Shown in pieces: positions 1 to 10,806 of a stretch of DNA of 64,000 nt. The notes beneath the pieces were generated by a model that was given only the letters and a program-made list of their open reading frames with translations, did no database searches and was not told where the DNA came from. The DNA is taken from IMG/VR virus record IMGVR_UViG_3300032093_000026; one strand, written 5' to 3'. The stretch comes from an uncultured virus (IMG/VR IMGVR_UViG_3300032093_000026). Its lineage: Duplodnaviria; Heunggongvirae; Uroviricota; Caudoviricetes. The first letter of the stretch is position 1. Every line of letters starts with the position of its first letter. The position numbers and the translations under genes were made by a program.

Positions 1-1934
1 AAAGGCTTAATAAAACTTTCTTCACCACCAACATGTTTTTCTTTTTCATCTTCAGGTTCAGGTGCTCCATATATTTTTACAAGTTCATCAAAATCTTCTT
101 GTGTTATGATTATAGGAAATGCTTCTTTATAATCATTTATTTCAAAAGCACCTTTTTTATATCTAGAAGGACTAAAAGAATTACGTGTTTGAGGTAATCC
201 TAAATAAAGTCTAAAAGCATCATGTTCTGCAGTAGCAACTCTATCATCATAATCATTAAAAATTATTTTACCATTTTCTTTACTATCTTTTCCAGTTAAA
301 GCAAGCGATGCAACTCGCACTGGATCAATAGCATACCCAGCAGTTGTATTTAATTTTCCTAAGTTCAATCTTGTTTCATTAGGATTATAAACACGTTGAT
401 CGCTAGTTATACCATATTGTTGCATTTCTTGAGCATCAGTTCCACCCCATCCTGTTGTGTATCTTTTATTACCCCACATAAATTCTTTTTCACCTGCTCT
501 CTTAGCTCTTTCATAAGCTCCTTCAAACGTATATTTTGAATAGTCATCAACACCCCAGTTAAAAGGATTTACATAACTAAGCCAATTTCTATCTTGTCGT
601 TTTGGTCCTGTAACAACTACATCTTCTTCATTTTTTACAAAATCATCACCCATCTTTTCATAGTTCCCTTGCTGAAGTTGACTTTCTGTAGGAACATAGT
701 ATTGACTTGGACTAATTGTTGTTGTTTGTGTTGTTTGAAAACCAGTATATCCACCTGGTGCAAATTTTTGTTTTTGACCTCCTTTTTCTTTAAAGAAGTC
801 AAATATATTAGATGCTTGAGGATTATTTTGTTGTTCTTGTAATTTTTCAATTTCTTTTTTAGATAAAACAAAATTCATCCTAAACATGTCGTTCTTAGTA
901 GGATCACCTTCAGGATTAGCTACTTCAGTTGATCTAACTTTATTTCTTAAATTTTGATATAAATTATCACCTTTAAAGTTTTTTTCACCTGTATTCCAAT
1001 CGTATACATCTGTATAATAAACATCACCTGTTTGTGGATCTGTCCAGTATCTTCCTCTACCAATCGTACTTGCTAATGTAAAACCTGGATTAGACAAACT
1101 TTTCCAAACTAATTCACCTTTACCGATTTTTCCTTTATTAAACCAATTTGTAAAATCATCTGCTGAACCATATCCTAATCCACCATAATCTGTATATTCT
1201 GTACCTGAATTATCTAAACCAGTTCTTTTTTTAGAGTTTTGAATAACATTCCAAAGAATTAATTTTTGCTCATCTGTCAAAGATTCATTGTTCATTCTAG
1301 CATCACCAAATACTTGTTTAGCTAACATTTGAGAAACATTCGCTGGTACAGGCATCAAATTTCTAAATGTATTTGCGCCACTTGCATCTACGTTTGTATA
1401 AGTATTATCTTTAAAACTTACTCTTTTATTTTTTGATTTAGTTTGTTTTTTATTTAGTCCTGCAGAATTTTGAATTTGTGTATTTGTAAGTACAACAGGT
1501 TTTTGAATATTTGGTCTTGTACTTTCTGCAACAATTCTACTTTCTGGAAACTTCTTTCTTTTTTCTTCTTCTCTTTTTCGCATTTCCATTAAAATAGAAG
1601 AAGCTGTTTGAGGTTTCATTGTGGTTGTAAATGTTGTTTTAAAACCACCTGGTTCAAAATTAGTTAATACATCTTTCTTGTAATTTCTCTTACCATATAT
1701 ACCAGCAAAGGATTCGCCACCTTGTTTAGCAGGCATTAAAAAACCACCATTAAAAAATCTAAGTTTAGGATCTACACGCTGTTCAGGTTCAGAACTTTCA
1801 AAAATTCTTTTACGAAAAGCATATCCATTATCACCACCTAATTCTAAATTTGGCAATAAACTTCTTTCAGCTGTTTTTTGTTTTGTTAGCTTCTGATGAT
1901 AATAGTTAGATAATATTGAATCATTTTTTTTCAT
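1..1934 (-). CDS. Partial large virion cargo/internal protein (runs off window)
   Basis: Not in the ORF track. ATG at 1934 overlaps the upstream TAA (TAATG). Reads MKKNDSILSNYYHQKL..., and the frame was open wherever spot-checked down to position 3. Contains ELGG, FNGG, KQGG, EPGG and HVGG motifs. Lies after the tail stabilisation gene, as cargo genes do in crAss-like phages. Confidence 0.65.
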   Translation of the reverse strand, partial: MKKNDSILSNYYHQKLTKQKTAERSLLPNLELGGDNGYAFRKRIFESSEPEQRVDPKLRFFNGGFLMPAKQGGESFAGIYGKRNYKKDVLTNFEPGGFKTTFTTTMKPQTASSILMEMRKREEEKRKKFPESRIVAESTRPNIQKPVVLTNTQIQNSAGLNKKQTKSKNKRVSFKDNTYTNVDASGANTFRNLMPVPANVSQMLAKQVFGDARMNNESLTDEQKLILWNVIQNSKKRTGLDNSGTEYTDYGGLGYGSADDFTNWFNKGKIGKGELVWKSLSNPGFTLASTIGRGRYWTDPQTGDVYYTDVYDWNTGEKNFKGDNLYQNLRNKVRSTEVANPEGDPTKNDMFRMNFVLSKKEIEKLQEQQNNPQASNIFDFFKEKGGQKQKFAPGGYTGFQTTQTTTISPSQYYVPTESQLQQGNYEKMGDDFVKNEEDVVVTGPKRQDRNWLSYVNPFNWGVDDYSKYTFEGAYERAKRAGEKEFMWGNKRYTTGWGGTDAQEMQQYGITSDQRVYNPNETRLNLGKLNTTAGYAIDPVRVASLALTGKDSKENGKIIFNDYDDRVATAEHDAFRLYLGLPQTRNSFSPSRYKKGAFEINDYKEAFPIIITQEDFDELVKIYGAPEPEDEKEKHVGGEESFIKP

Positions 1935-4900
1935 TACCTTGGAGATTTCAAAAGTTTTTGATTCGATAACTTTAATATATATTTTACATCGCCACTATTA
2001 AACTTTCTCATAAACACTCTATTCACATGATGTCTAAATTTCTTACGTTCAATTACTGATTTATTATAATTAACATATAATGGATTAATTGTATATACAT
2101 AGCCATTAGCTGATGTATTAAACATAGGGATGTTTACAGGATTATACTCACCTCTATTATTTGTTATATCCCAAAATTGATTAAATCTATATTTATTTTC
2201 TTCTTTAGAAAATTGAATAGATATTGAATTAGGTGATGTATTAATCCTTGGATATGTAAGCATACCTAACGGATCGTTTTTTGATTTTAAAAAAAGCTGT
2301 AGCAATCCTGAAATTTGTTCTGAATTATAAACAACAGCTTGATCAAAATTATCATCTAAAACATGAAATTTATCTTTACAATTATTATGATATTTATACG
2401 CCTCAAGTAAATATTCAACACTTCTTACTGTGTTCACTTGTTGACCTGTCGCTGATATAAATTCAACTTCAAATGGATACGATACACCATAAAAATTACA
2501 ATAGCTATTACATGTAGTATTATGATACCAAAGCGTATTATTCTTAGCTGTTAAAAAATGATTTTTTGTTGGTATTACAAAAGTAGGTACCCAATCATGA
2601 AAACTTATCCACGCTTCAGCTTTTGTATCATAACTAGCCGTCCAACTTGCATCTTCAAAATACGTTGTATTTGTAAGTGCAATTTGCGTAGTGGCATTTA
2701 AATAAAAATTACCATCTAAATCATATGGTTCACCTGTATCAGGATGTTGGTATGTTAAAGTAACTTTAGGTCTAAAGTCTCTTTTGGAAAGATACAAAAC
2801 TTCTGTGACATTATCATATATCATTGTAATACCAACACCTCTTACTATATTATCATACAATGGATAATTAGGGAACTGTAGTAACAACTGAGATGGTAAG
2901 TACATAGAAAACCACCAACGCATACCTGTTGCTGATATTTCTTTCATTCTACCTGTATATTGAAAAACCTTACCTTGATTTTGACTTACCCAAAATACAC
3001 CTTTTGTTGTATTCACTGAAGCATATCTACTTTGATTTGATCCGTATTCAAAAGGTGCATCTGTGTTTACAATTGATTGTAATTGGTTTTGACCAGTTTC
3101 AAAAAGCTTACCATCACCAACAGTTATCTTTGCATTTGAACCATCAAGTTGTAACTCTTCCACACCCATAAATGACAAAGGACTTTCAGTTTGCATCATA
3201 AATAATGCACCTGTTTTATTTATAGGTTTTATAGATGTAACACGAGCTATAAATTCTTTATAGTTGTTTACCAAAAAAGCTCTCCAATTATCTTTCTTAC
3301 TATCTATTTGTTGAGGTAATGAATATATAACTTTATTTGCACTATACTTATAGCAATTTGCTGAAATAAAAGGATCATAATCTCTAGGTAAAACATTACC
3401 CCATGAGATATTACTATTGAATAGTTTTGAAACACTTAATGAGTAATCATATTTATAATAGTTTCCATTCTTTATAACATCACTTCTAAACATTCCATTA
3501 TAATCAGTAAATCTGTAAAGATCATAATGTCTCTTAGAAACCTCTATTTCCCAATCTCTATATGCAGTATTTACTTCTGATTCACAATAAAAAACTCTAA
3601 CACCTGAATTAAACAAATAAAAATAACCTCTTGCAACATAAAAAGTACCCATAAATATATCGTCCAATCTTCTAAAACTACCTGCTGTTTGCCAAAGTTG
3701 CCCATGAAGAAATTGTGTGTTTGCCCAGAATCTAGGCCATGGTACATTTGCATATTTTGTGTAATCAATATCTGAACCAGCTCCTTCAAATTCACCCATT
3801 AACCATGTATTAAAAAAGAACATTGTATTCTTTTCAGAGAAAGGATTTATGTATGTATCCCCACCAAATACTGTTTCAGTTGTTCTATATTTAATAATTG
3901 TTGCATTAGGTTGAGTTATATCTAATGTAAAAATACAATTAGAAATAGGTAGTTGTTTTACTGTTTCTAACTGACCATACTGACTTGGTAAAGCATACTT
4001 TAATGCACCATACCATGACGATATATTACTTTTAATTTGTGTTTCTAATTCTGAACGACCTGCACCATTTACTTCTGATTTAAGAAAACGACTGTTATCT
4101 GAAATTGTAGGATCAGCTATATCTGCAGCAGCAGTACCATTAGTTACATCAAGTACAACATATCTACTTCTAAATAAATTATTTATTTGATATTGTGTAT
4201 TAAATTGTTGTATACCATTCCCTACATAATATGCTGAATTGATTCTTCGTCTTTGATTACCAGCAATATTATTAGGTTTTATTTGATCATAAATACCGTA
4301 TGAATCATACTGACAAGAATATTGTCTATATGGTATTAAACCAATTATAAGTTTATAAAATTGCTCTTGAAGTGTCATTTGTTGATAAACAAATAAAATA
4401 AGTTGTAGAGCAACATTATAACCATTGATAGCATCATTTGCAAGATTTCTTTCTTTTGTTGTAATAGATGAGCTTGTAGCATTATCATCACCATCAATGT
4501 TCCAAAAACCTTCACCTGTTTGTGGTGTACTAATTGCACCTCCACCTATTTGATTACTAAACGTAGTAAAAGATCCATATACTTGTGCTTGCAATCCAAA
4601 ATTACCACCACTAAGAGCATCACCTTTAATTTCTAAAGGTTTTTGATGACCATAATTTACATCATAACGCTTCTTTAAAAATATATTTTGATTAATATTT
4701 ACTTCATTATCATTAGCAAAATTCCAATCAAAATCAGGACCATGTTTACCAGCTAATGCAGTAAATAAACTAGTAACTCCTACAAAACGTGATAATAGTG
4801 TAATAAAATCACTTAAAAAATCAGAAATAAATTTAAACTTAGGATGCTTGTACGGTATCTTAAATTGACCATAAGCATTACCATGATGTTCTGAATATAT

Positions 4901-6877
4901 TTTTAAATCATAAAGTGAAAGATATGGATTACTAAAACTTACATCAGGACTATGAAATGAAAATATATTTCTTCTATATTCACTTAAAAGAGGTGTTGTT
5001 GCAGTTCTTATAACACCTAATGATGCTGATCCTGTAAGAGCACCTAAAGCAAATCTATTATATGTTTCAGCATCCTCATACGTAGGTGTTAAATATGGAT
5101 CTGGTCTAAGATCGTTATATGGATAATTTTGATATAAACCTTTTAATGGATTTCCTGGTATTGGGTATTCTCTCATGTTGTTAAGAAGACCCTTTGCTAA
5201 AATAGTTTTATTACCTTCTCTAGATCCACGTAATATTTGATATCCAACAATTGATTCTATTGGTTGACCATTCTCATCTAAGGGCCATGAAATATTTTCA
5301 AACTCTACACCAAGTAAAACAATTTTTGAAGCATTTGTATTATGAATATTTAATAAAGGACCTCTTGTTTCATCAGGCATTTTATGATGTCTGATTGGTT
5401 TACCACAAAGATTTAAAGGATTACCTGGTGTTGCAGGAAAACTATTCCATATGTTTGGTTTATCTGCTGGATAGTTTTCTGTTGATTGCCAATAAGCCAT
5501 ATCACCTCTTGCTACTTCTACTCCACCGTCTGTACGAATTACAGTTGGTACAGTTGGTGTGTATGTTGCTGTATTTTCTACACTCCATCTTGGACATAAA
5601 CCTTCAAAACAAGAAACATTTTGTGTATCACTCACTGTTGATGGACGTCCAGGTATATGGTATGAATCACTAAACTCACCTGTATTATATACAAATCGTA
5701 TAAAGAAAGCATACTGCTCATCTCTCATATAACCAACATTGTTATTACCTTGAAAGTAATAATCTGCTGGATATTCAATTGCAACCCATTTAGCTCTAAT
5801 TTGATTAGCTAAAGGTTGATAATTAAATTTAAACTTACTATACACTCCTGTACGTAATAAATAATCACCTACAGCATATAGTGCATCAGATTTTTCAACA
5901 GGTTCTGTTCTCAATACCACTTGAGAAATTGGAACATCTACAAACTCTGGATTCCATCTATCAACATAAATTGTACCTTGAGATGTAGAATAGTAACCTA
6001 TTCTTTTTGCTACTGTTTGCTGATTTATGTTAGCTAATATAACTAACTCAAATTCATCAAAATCTTTATCAATGTTTGTAATATTAATTGTTAAAGAACA
6101 AGCCGTATTTTGGTTATCAAACAAACCTTGAACTTGAGTCAATCCAATATAATCTGTAAACCTCACTTGATTAACAGTATATCCTATACAAGCTTGATAA
6201 GATCCATTTGGAAGAGTACCAGCTAGCCTTCCTTTTGATATTCTAATACAAGGGTGTGTTAATAAAGGGGCAATTCTAATTGCCTCACAGTCTAAAATTC
6301 TTAGACCTGGGTTTAAACTTGTTGGAGATGTATCAAATGTTCTAACTCTACATCCATTAGGAAAGGTGTCTACATATTTCCATGGTACATCATCAATATT
6401 CATTGTTCTTGTAGGATTTAAACCATCATCCCAATAAATAATTGTACCACAATCATACCTAATGCGATTCGCTGCTGTAATTAAATTTGTTGTTTTAAAA
6501 TTTAAACAATCATCATTAACTATTTTTTCATATTTACAAAGAGATTCTGTAAACTTTCCTATCTCTGATTTTGTGTTATTTGTCATAAATAACACCCATT
6601 CATCACCAGCAATATGTGTTGCACCTATCAGTGTATAAGGAAGATCAACGCATTTTATATTAGAAGGTTCATTTCCAATAACCCCCATTTGACCATCATG
6701 TGAATTATTTACAGCATTGCGCGCATGCGTGTATAACCCATCACCTACAAATAATTCATTGTAGTCTTTGAGCATACCTTTGTTGAAAGTGTTTGTAGTA
6801 ATGTCGCTTGTACTACTACTACTACTATCTACACTTTCATCATCGTCATCAGTCTTACGTTTTTTGCTTTTAGCCAT
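1934..6877 (-). CDS. Tail stabilisation/muzzle protein (crAss-like)
   Basis: 1647 aa, beta-rich. N-terminal FNKGMLKD..ARNA..G..GNEPSN and C-terminal WTASY..WISFHDW motifs; follows the ring protein genes. Confidence 0.75.
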   Translation of the reverse strand: MAKSKKRKTDDDDESVDSSSSSTSDITTNTFNKGMLKDYNELFVGDGLYTHARNAVNNSHDGQMGVIGNEPSNIKCVDLPYTLIGATHIAGDEWVLFMTNNTKSEIGKFTESLCKYEKIVNDDCLNFKTTNLITAANRIRYDCGTIIYWDDGLNPTRTMNIDDVPWKYVDTFPNGCRVRTFDTSPTSLNPGLRILDCEAIRIAPLLTHPCIRISKGRLAGTLPNGSYQACIGYTVNQVRFTDYIGLTQVQGLFDNQNTACSLTINITNIDKDFDEFELVILANINQQTVAKRIGYYSTSQGTIYVDRWNPEFVDVPISQVVLRTEPVEKSDALYAVGDYLLRTGVYSKFKFNYQPLANQIRAKWVAIEYPADYYFQGNNNVGYMRDEQYAFFIRFVYNTGEFSDSYHIPGRPSTVSDTQNVSCFEGLCPRWSVENTATYTPTVPTVIRTDGGVEVARGDMAYWQSTENYPADKPNIWNSFPATPGNPLNLCGKPIRHHKMPDETRGPLLNIHNTNASKIVLLGVEFENISWPLDENGQPIESIVGYQILRGSREGNKTILAKGLLNNMREYPIPGNPLKGLYQNYPYNDLRPDPYLTPTYEDAETYNRFALGALTGSASLGVIRTATTPLLSEYRRNIFSFHSPDVSFSNPYLSLYDLKIYSEHHGNAYGQFKIPYKHPKFKFISDFLSDFITLLSRFVGVTSLFTALAGKHGPDFDWNFANDNEVNINQNIFLKKRYDVNYGHQKPLEIKGDALSGGNFGLQAQVYGSFTTFSNQIGGGAISTPQTGEGFWNIDGDDNATSSSITTKERNLANDAINGYNVALQLILFVYQQMTLQEQFYKLIIGLIPYRQYSCQYDSYGIYDQIKPNNIAGNQRRRINSAYYVGNGIQQFNTQYQINNLFRSRYVVLDVTNGTAAADIADPTISDNSRFLKSEVNGAGRSELETQIKSNISSWYGALKYALPSQYGQLETVKQLPISNCIFTLDITQPNATIIKYRTTETVFGGDTYINPFSEKNTMFFFNTWLMGEFEGAGSDIDYTKYANVPWPRFWANTQFLHGQLWQTAGSFRRLDDIFMGTFYVARGYFYLFNSGVRVFYCESEVNTAYRDWEIEVSKRHYDLYRFTDYNGMFRSDVIKNGNYYKYDYSLSVSKLFNSNISWGNVLPRDYDPFISANCYKYSANKVIYSLPQQIDSKKDNWRAFLVNNYKEFIARVTSIKPINKTGALFMMQTESPLSFMGVEELQLDGSNAKITVGDGKLFETGQNQLQSIVNTDAPFEYGSNQSRYASVNTTKGVFWVSQNQGKVFQYTGRMKEISATGMRWWFSMYLPSQLLLQFPNYPLYDNIVRGVGITMIYDNVTEVLYLSKRDFRPKVTLTYQHPDTGEPYDLDGNFYLNATTQIALTNTTYFEDASWTASYDTKAEAWISFHDWVPTFVIPTKNHFLTAKNNTLWYHNTTCNSYCNFYGVSYPFEVEFISATGQQVNTVRSVEYLLEAYKYHNNCKDKFHVLDDNFDQAVVYNSEQISGLLQLFLKSKNDPLGMLTYPRINTSPNSISIQFSKEENKYRFNQFWDITNNRGEYNPVNIPMFNTSANGYVYTINPLYVNYNKSVIERKKFRHHVNRVFMRKFNSGDVKYILKLSNQKLLKSPR

Positions 6878-7232
6878 GTTTTACTTGTAATTTCTTCTTA
6901 TCAAGAAACTTATATATTCTACCTGTTATATGCCCTGCTAACCAAGCCTGAGCTTCTTCATCGTTTATAGATCTGTCTCTAGTTACAGCTTTAACAGCAT
7001 GATAAACTTCGTGACCAATTGTGTTATGACTTAGATATTTAACATCAACCAATAGATAGTATTTATCTATGTCAATCGATAACATCATTCCTTCACTTTC
7101 ACCTGCATCTCTTGGACCTCTTAAACCATGTTTTTTATACACCTTCTTTGTCTCCACTTTTAATTGATCTGTTACAATTAAAGTGAGGCTACAACTATAA
7201 GTTTCTAACTTAATAGTGTGCGAAGTTTTCAT
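6870..7232 (-). CDS. Small zincin-like metallopeptidase
   Basis: HEVYH (HExxH) plus a downstream EAQAWL third-ligand motif. Confidence 0.65.
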   Translation of the reverse strand: MKTSHTIKLETYSCSLTLIVTDQLKVETKKVYKKHGLRGPRDAGESEGMMLSIDIDKYYLLVDVKYLSHNTIGHEVYHAVKAVTRDRSINDEEAQAWLAGHITGRIYKFLDKKKLQVKHG

Positions 7233-7234
7233 AA

Positions 7235-8161
7235 TTAAAATGGTTCAACTGACTTAAACATATCGTAATACTTAGAATACATTGCTTTTCTATTAGTTTT
7301 CCAAAGTGTATACATCTCTGAAAAATTTGGTGTATTTACAATAGTTAATGCGTTGTTTCTTGCAGCTCTTACTCTTGGTTCAAGCAATTGTATTTTTTGA
7401 GCAACATCTTCTCCATTAATAAATAAGTTTTCAAGAATGCGCTGTTTAATAGCATATTCATAGTATTCATTAATCATTGGGTGATCAACAACTAAAAGAT
7501 TACCATCATCATCCTCAAGTGTACCCTCGTATGAAATAAATACTTTACGATCAGTTTTTAAATTTACTACACCATAATCTGGGTAATCTTGATATCTTGG
7601 AACATCCATATACTTTTCACCAAGATCTATATATATAAAACCATTCTTTATAAAAGCTGATTTATATGTGTTATCTGTTGCATCTTTTTTACCAGAGGAT
7701 GGTGAAACACCTATTCTTTCAACAAGATTATATGTTCTTGTTTCAAATTTTCTTTTTTCTACAACTTGTACAAATATTCTTTCTCCTGTTTTGCATTCTA
7801 CAGTGTATGTATGCTCACACCCACAAACACTCTCCTGTGAACCACATCTACCACATCTAGGTAAAACAACATTTTCAGTTTGTCTTCCAGAAAGAACTTC
7901 TCTTGTAACGGTGGTGTCACTACATAAGTAGGCATAATTTAATACATAGAAATCATCAGGAAGTCTAGATTTACCATGGCTCAGATCTAATACAACTTCT
8001 TTTGTACCATGAATACGCAATCCTAAATCATAATTAACCCGTTGTACAACTTTGATTAACTGACTTGGTTCAATAAAACCTTCCAAACTATACGTAGTAA
8101 AGTCAGCGGCAACTTCATTTAGTAACTGATCGAGTGTTCTATATTTTAATTCGGTGTTCAT
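7235..8161 (-). CDS. Tail ring/tubular protein
   Basis: 308 aa with LPDDF and DDDGNLLVVD..Y..YAIK motifs typical of crAss-like ring proteins; synteny. Confidence 0.6.
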   Translation of the reverse strand: MNTELKYRTLDQLLNEVAADFTTYSLEGFIEPSQLIKVVQRVNYDLGLRIHGTKEVVLDLSHGKSRLPDDFYVLNYAYLCSDTTVTREVLSGRQTENVVLPRCGRCGSQESVCGCEHTYTVECKTGERIFVQVVEKRKFETRTYNLVERIGVSPSSGKKDATDNTYKSAFIKNGFIYIDLGEKYMDVPRYQDYPDYGVVNLKTDRKVFISYEGTLEDDDGNLLVVDHPMINEYYEYAIKQRILENLFINGEDVAQKIQLLEPRVRAARNNALTIVNTPNFSEMYTLWKTNRKAMYSKYYDMFKSVEPF

Positions 8162-8835
8162 GTTGTTGCACTATTTTGTTTATCAATAGCTGTATCAGGT
8201 GGTATTTGATAAGTCATCATCAAATCTTTCATTACTTGAGCTTCTAACTCACCAAACAAGTAGTCTGGAATGTTAAAAGATTGATCTTGTCTAGTTATGC
8301 AATCATCTTCTTTACATGTCCATAAACTAATATCATCTTCAAAAATTCCTTCTATTCTAACAGCATCCCATTCTAAGTTTGGAAAGTATAAGTAATCATC
8401 TAAAAACCAATAGTATTTAGCTTTATTATATTTAAATGTAGATCCATTAGATAACCTAACATAGTTTGTAGATGTAGTAGGTTGTAAAATATCAGAGTTG
8501 TCAATAGATGTAACAGCTCTAATAAGAGGACCAAAATATCCTTGCATAAAAACAGGAAGTTTGTCTTTTGTACGTTTAATTGTACAATCTGCTTTTATAC
8601 CTGCACAACAACCTTCCACTTTATCTACTTCTACAAGTTCTACACAATCAAGAGTTTGCATAGCTGAAGAAAAAACCATTAGTTTATTCTTGCTATCTTC
8701 ACGTTTCATTAACCATTTTGCATGCTTTATTACAAATGAATAAAGCATACGATCAGTCATAAACGCATCTTGTTTGTTCGTTTTTAACTGATTACGCAAA
8801 CGTGATAGAACATCTCCAATTGTAACTCTAGCCAT
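8158..8835 (-). CDS. Tail ring/tubular protein
   Basis: 225 aa with RTKDKLP, YYWFLDDYLY and IEGIFEDD; synteny with the tail module. Confidence 0.6.
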   Translation of the reverse strand: MARVTIGDVLSRLRNQLKTNKQDAFMTDRMLYSFVIKHAKWLMKREDSKNKLMVFSSAMQTLDCVELVEVDKVEGCCAGIKADCTIKRTKDKLPVFMQGYFGPLIRAVTSIDNSDILQPTTSTNYVRLSNGSTFKYNKAKYYWFLDDYLYFPNLEWDAVRIEGIFEDDISLWTCKEDDCITRQDQSFNIPDYLFGELEAQVMKDLMMTYQIPPDTAIDKQNSATT

Positions 8836-8836
8836 T

Positions 8837-9421
8837 TTAATCTAAATTAAATTCGTCATAATTTTGAAGTAAATCTTCAATTTCTATTTTTCTTTCAGAA
8901 GCTATTTTATCTTTTCTAAAAATCTTACTCACCCTAACCATATTATCTACAAGAACATATTTTTTCCAATCTTCTCTGTAAGCTTTTCCAAGACTTCTAG
9001 TAAAATCTCTCACTCCTTTAAAACCCCACAAATCATGATTTTTAAATCTATATTTAGTTTCATAATTTGTATAAAATATCTTTGCTAAATGTTGATCTGA
9101 TTCCCAATTTTGATTCTGAAGTACAAAACCGTATTTCTCACTTTTCTTAAAATCAACATTACTTTTCTTTTTAGGACAGCTACCAATAAATATATAACCT
9201 AGTTGTTCAGGAAGTTGTATACCATTTCTATCATTTAACGCAGTTTCCCAGATAAGACCATTAAAAGTTGATATTATATTTTTAAAACTATTTACAGATA
9301 GATTATTATACTTTGGGTTTTCTTCCAAAAATTTATTATAAAAATCTGTATTAGTTAAATTTAACTTTTTAGGTCTGTAGCGAGGCGCTGTTAAGTCTGG
9401 CTTTTTATATTTTTTTGGCAC
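8837..9421 (-). CDS. IHF/HU-like DNA-binding protein
   Basis: Basic 194 aa. GIQLPEQLGYIFI resembles the HU/IHF core; position as in crAss-like tail modules. Confidence 0.5.
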   Translation of the reverse strand: MPKKYKKPDLTAPRYRPKKLNLTNTDFYNKFLEENPKYNNLSVNSFKNIISTFNGLIWETALNDRNGIQLPEQLGYIFIGSCPKKKSNVDFKKSEKYGFVLQNQNWESDQHLAKIFYTNYETKYRFKNHDLWGFKGVRDFTRSLGKAYREDWKKYVLVDNMVRVSKIFRKDKIASERKIEIEDLLQNYDEFNLD

Positions 9422-9472
9422 AATCTTACATTATTAATTTACAAAAAATCTACGAAGTTTCCTAAGTAAACT

Positions 9473-10690
9473 TTAATTGTTTACATTATACGTAAATTCA
9501 GATATTTTTCCTTTTTCAATATCATGCACTTCCATAACTGCTTGGCGTTTAGAACCAGTATATTTGTTGTGGTAATGCCAGTAGTCAGTAGAACAAAGGC
9601 TAGGAAGATGTTTAACAGCAAAACCATTGGTTTCATTTTCACTGACATATTCTGTTGTTTTTTTAGAATGAAAGTGTCCTGTGTAGCATGTACGATACTT
9701 TGTTTTGCCCCAAGAAATTGGAAACTCAGTTGCATAAATAAGTGGCGTGTTCTTTTTATTAACATCACCGTGTTCAAAAGCAAAAAAGTTGTGACCATAC
9801 ACCACAACTTTTCTTTCTGAATATTCTACATCAAAATAGATTGAGTAGTCTTCCTTATCAAAACACTTAGATAGTGCGTGAGCCAAATGGTAAGAACTAA
9901 GTCGATCGTGATTACCAGGAACATAAACTACATGAAGATTTTCACAAAACTGTTTAAGATAGCATATAGACCAATATAAAGAATCAAATGCTTTTGTATA
10001 TGCTTCATGAGCACGCAATTCATTGTTTACTGGAGTACCTGATGTTGTTGTACCATTAAAAGTATCCATATTTAAAAGATCGCCACCAATTACGTAAACA
10101 ATTTTGTTTAGTTTATGAGACATATATGCTCTATGTACAAGATCTTTTATAGCTACTTTAAAGTTTTCTACTATATCATCATTATGCTCTTTACCAAAGT
10201 GCAAGTCTTGTATTGATAAAATACTAACAGTGTCGTTTTCAAACTTATTATTTAGGTATATTTCACCTGTAACTGGTTGATAATCAGGCTGAAAATTAGC
10301 TATTACATCAGCTAATATATCTTTTTGATCCTTTTTTATAGCTGTGACAAAAGCTGATATATGCCAACCATCATGCTTTTGCTTATTCCAATAGTTACTT
10401 AGTTTCCATTTAGTTGTATCTATTTTAAGGAGTTCTATTATTTCTTCTGCAGTCTTTGGCTCTACAGAAAATACTCCTTTTATCTCAGCCTCACCTTTGT
10501 TTAAATCTTCTTTAACTTCTGTAATTCTATCTTTAATTACTGGTTGCAAATCAATATCAACCCACCTTGTTCTTAAAATTTCTTTTTTGATTTCTTTGTA
10601 CTTTTGTATAGAAATACCTAATTTTACAGAACAGTAGTAGTCTGATTTTTTCCACTTAAGTGAGTTTTTAACTTGCTCGTGAAGATTCAT
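9473..10690 (-). CDS. Calcineurin-like metallophosphoesterase
   Basis: DLH, GGD, GNHD, HG and GHFH motifs in canonical order. Confidence 0.85.
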   Translation of the reverse strand: MNLHEQVKNSLKWKKSDYYCSVKLGISIQKYKEIKKEILRTRWVDIDLQPVIKDRITEVKEDLNKGEAEIKGVFSVEPKTAEEIIELLKIDTTKWKLSNYWNKQKHDGWHISAFVTAIKKDQKDILADVIANFQPDYQPVTGEIYLNNKFENDTVSILSIQDLHFGKEHNDDIVENFKVAIKDLVHRAYMSHKLNKIVYVIGGDLLNMDTFNGTTTSGTPVNNELRAHEAYTKAFDSLYWSICYLKQFCENLHVVYVPGNHDRLSSYHLAHALSKCFDKEDYSIYFDVEYSERKVVVYGHNFFAFEHGDVNKKNTPLIYATEFPISWGKTKYRTCYTGHFHSKKTTEYVSENETNGFAVKHLPSLCSTDYWHYHNKYTGSKRQAVMEVHDIEKGKISEFTYNVNN

Positions 10691-10744
10691 ATGTTAATGG
10701 GTTTGTTTAATAAAATTAACATTTGTTTTTTAAATAAAAAAATA

Positions 10745-10806
10745 TAGCCCCAACGTAGACACGCCAGGGCTGTTTGTCAGGATGAAACCAACAAAACCTG
10801 ACTTTT
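10745..10806 (-). terminator. Tandem hairpins/intrinsic terminator after the GT operon
   Basis: On minus, GTCAGG..CCTGAC and AGCCC..GGGCT stems followed by a T-rich tract. Confidence 0.5.

Noticed and set aside
594..871. Short ORFs 594-842 and 635-871
   Set aside because: They lie within the long partial ORF 1-1934, on another strand or frame.
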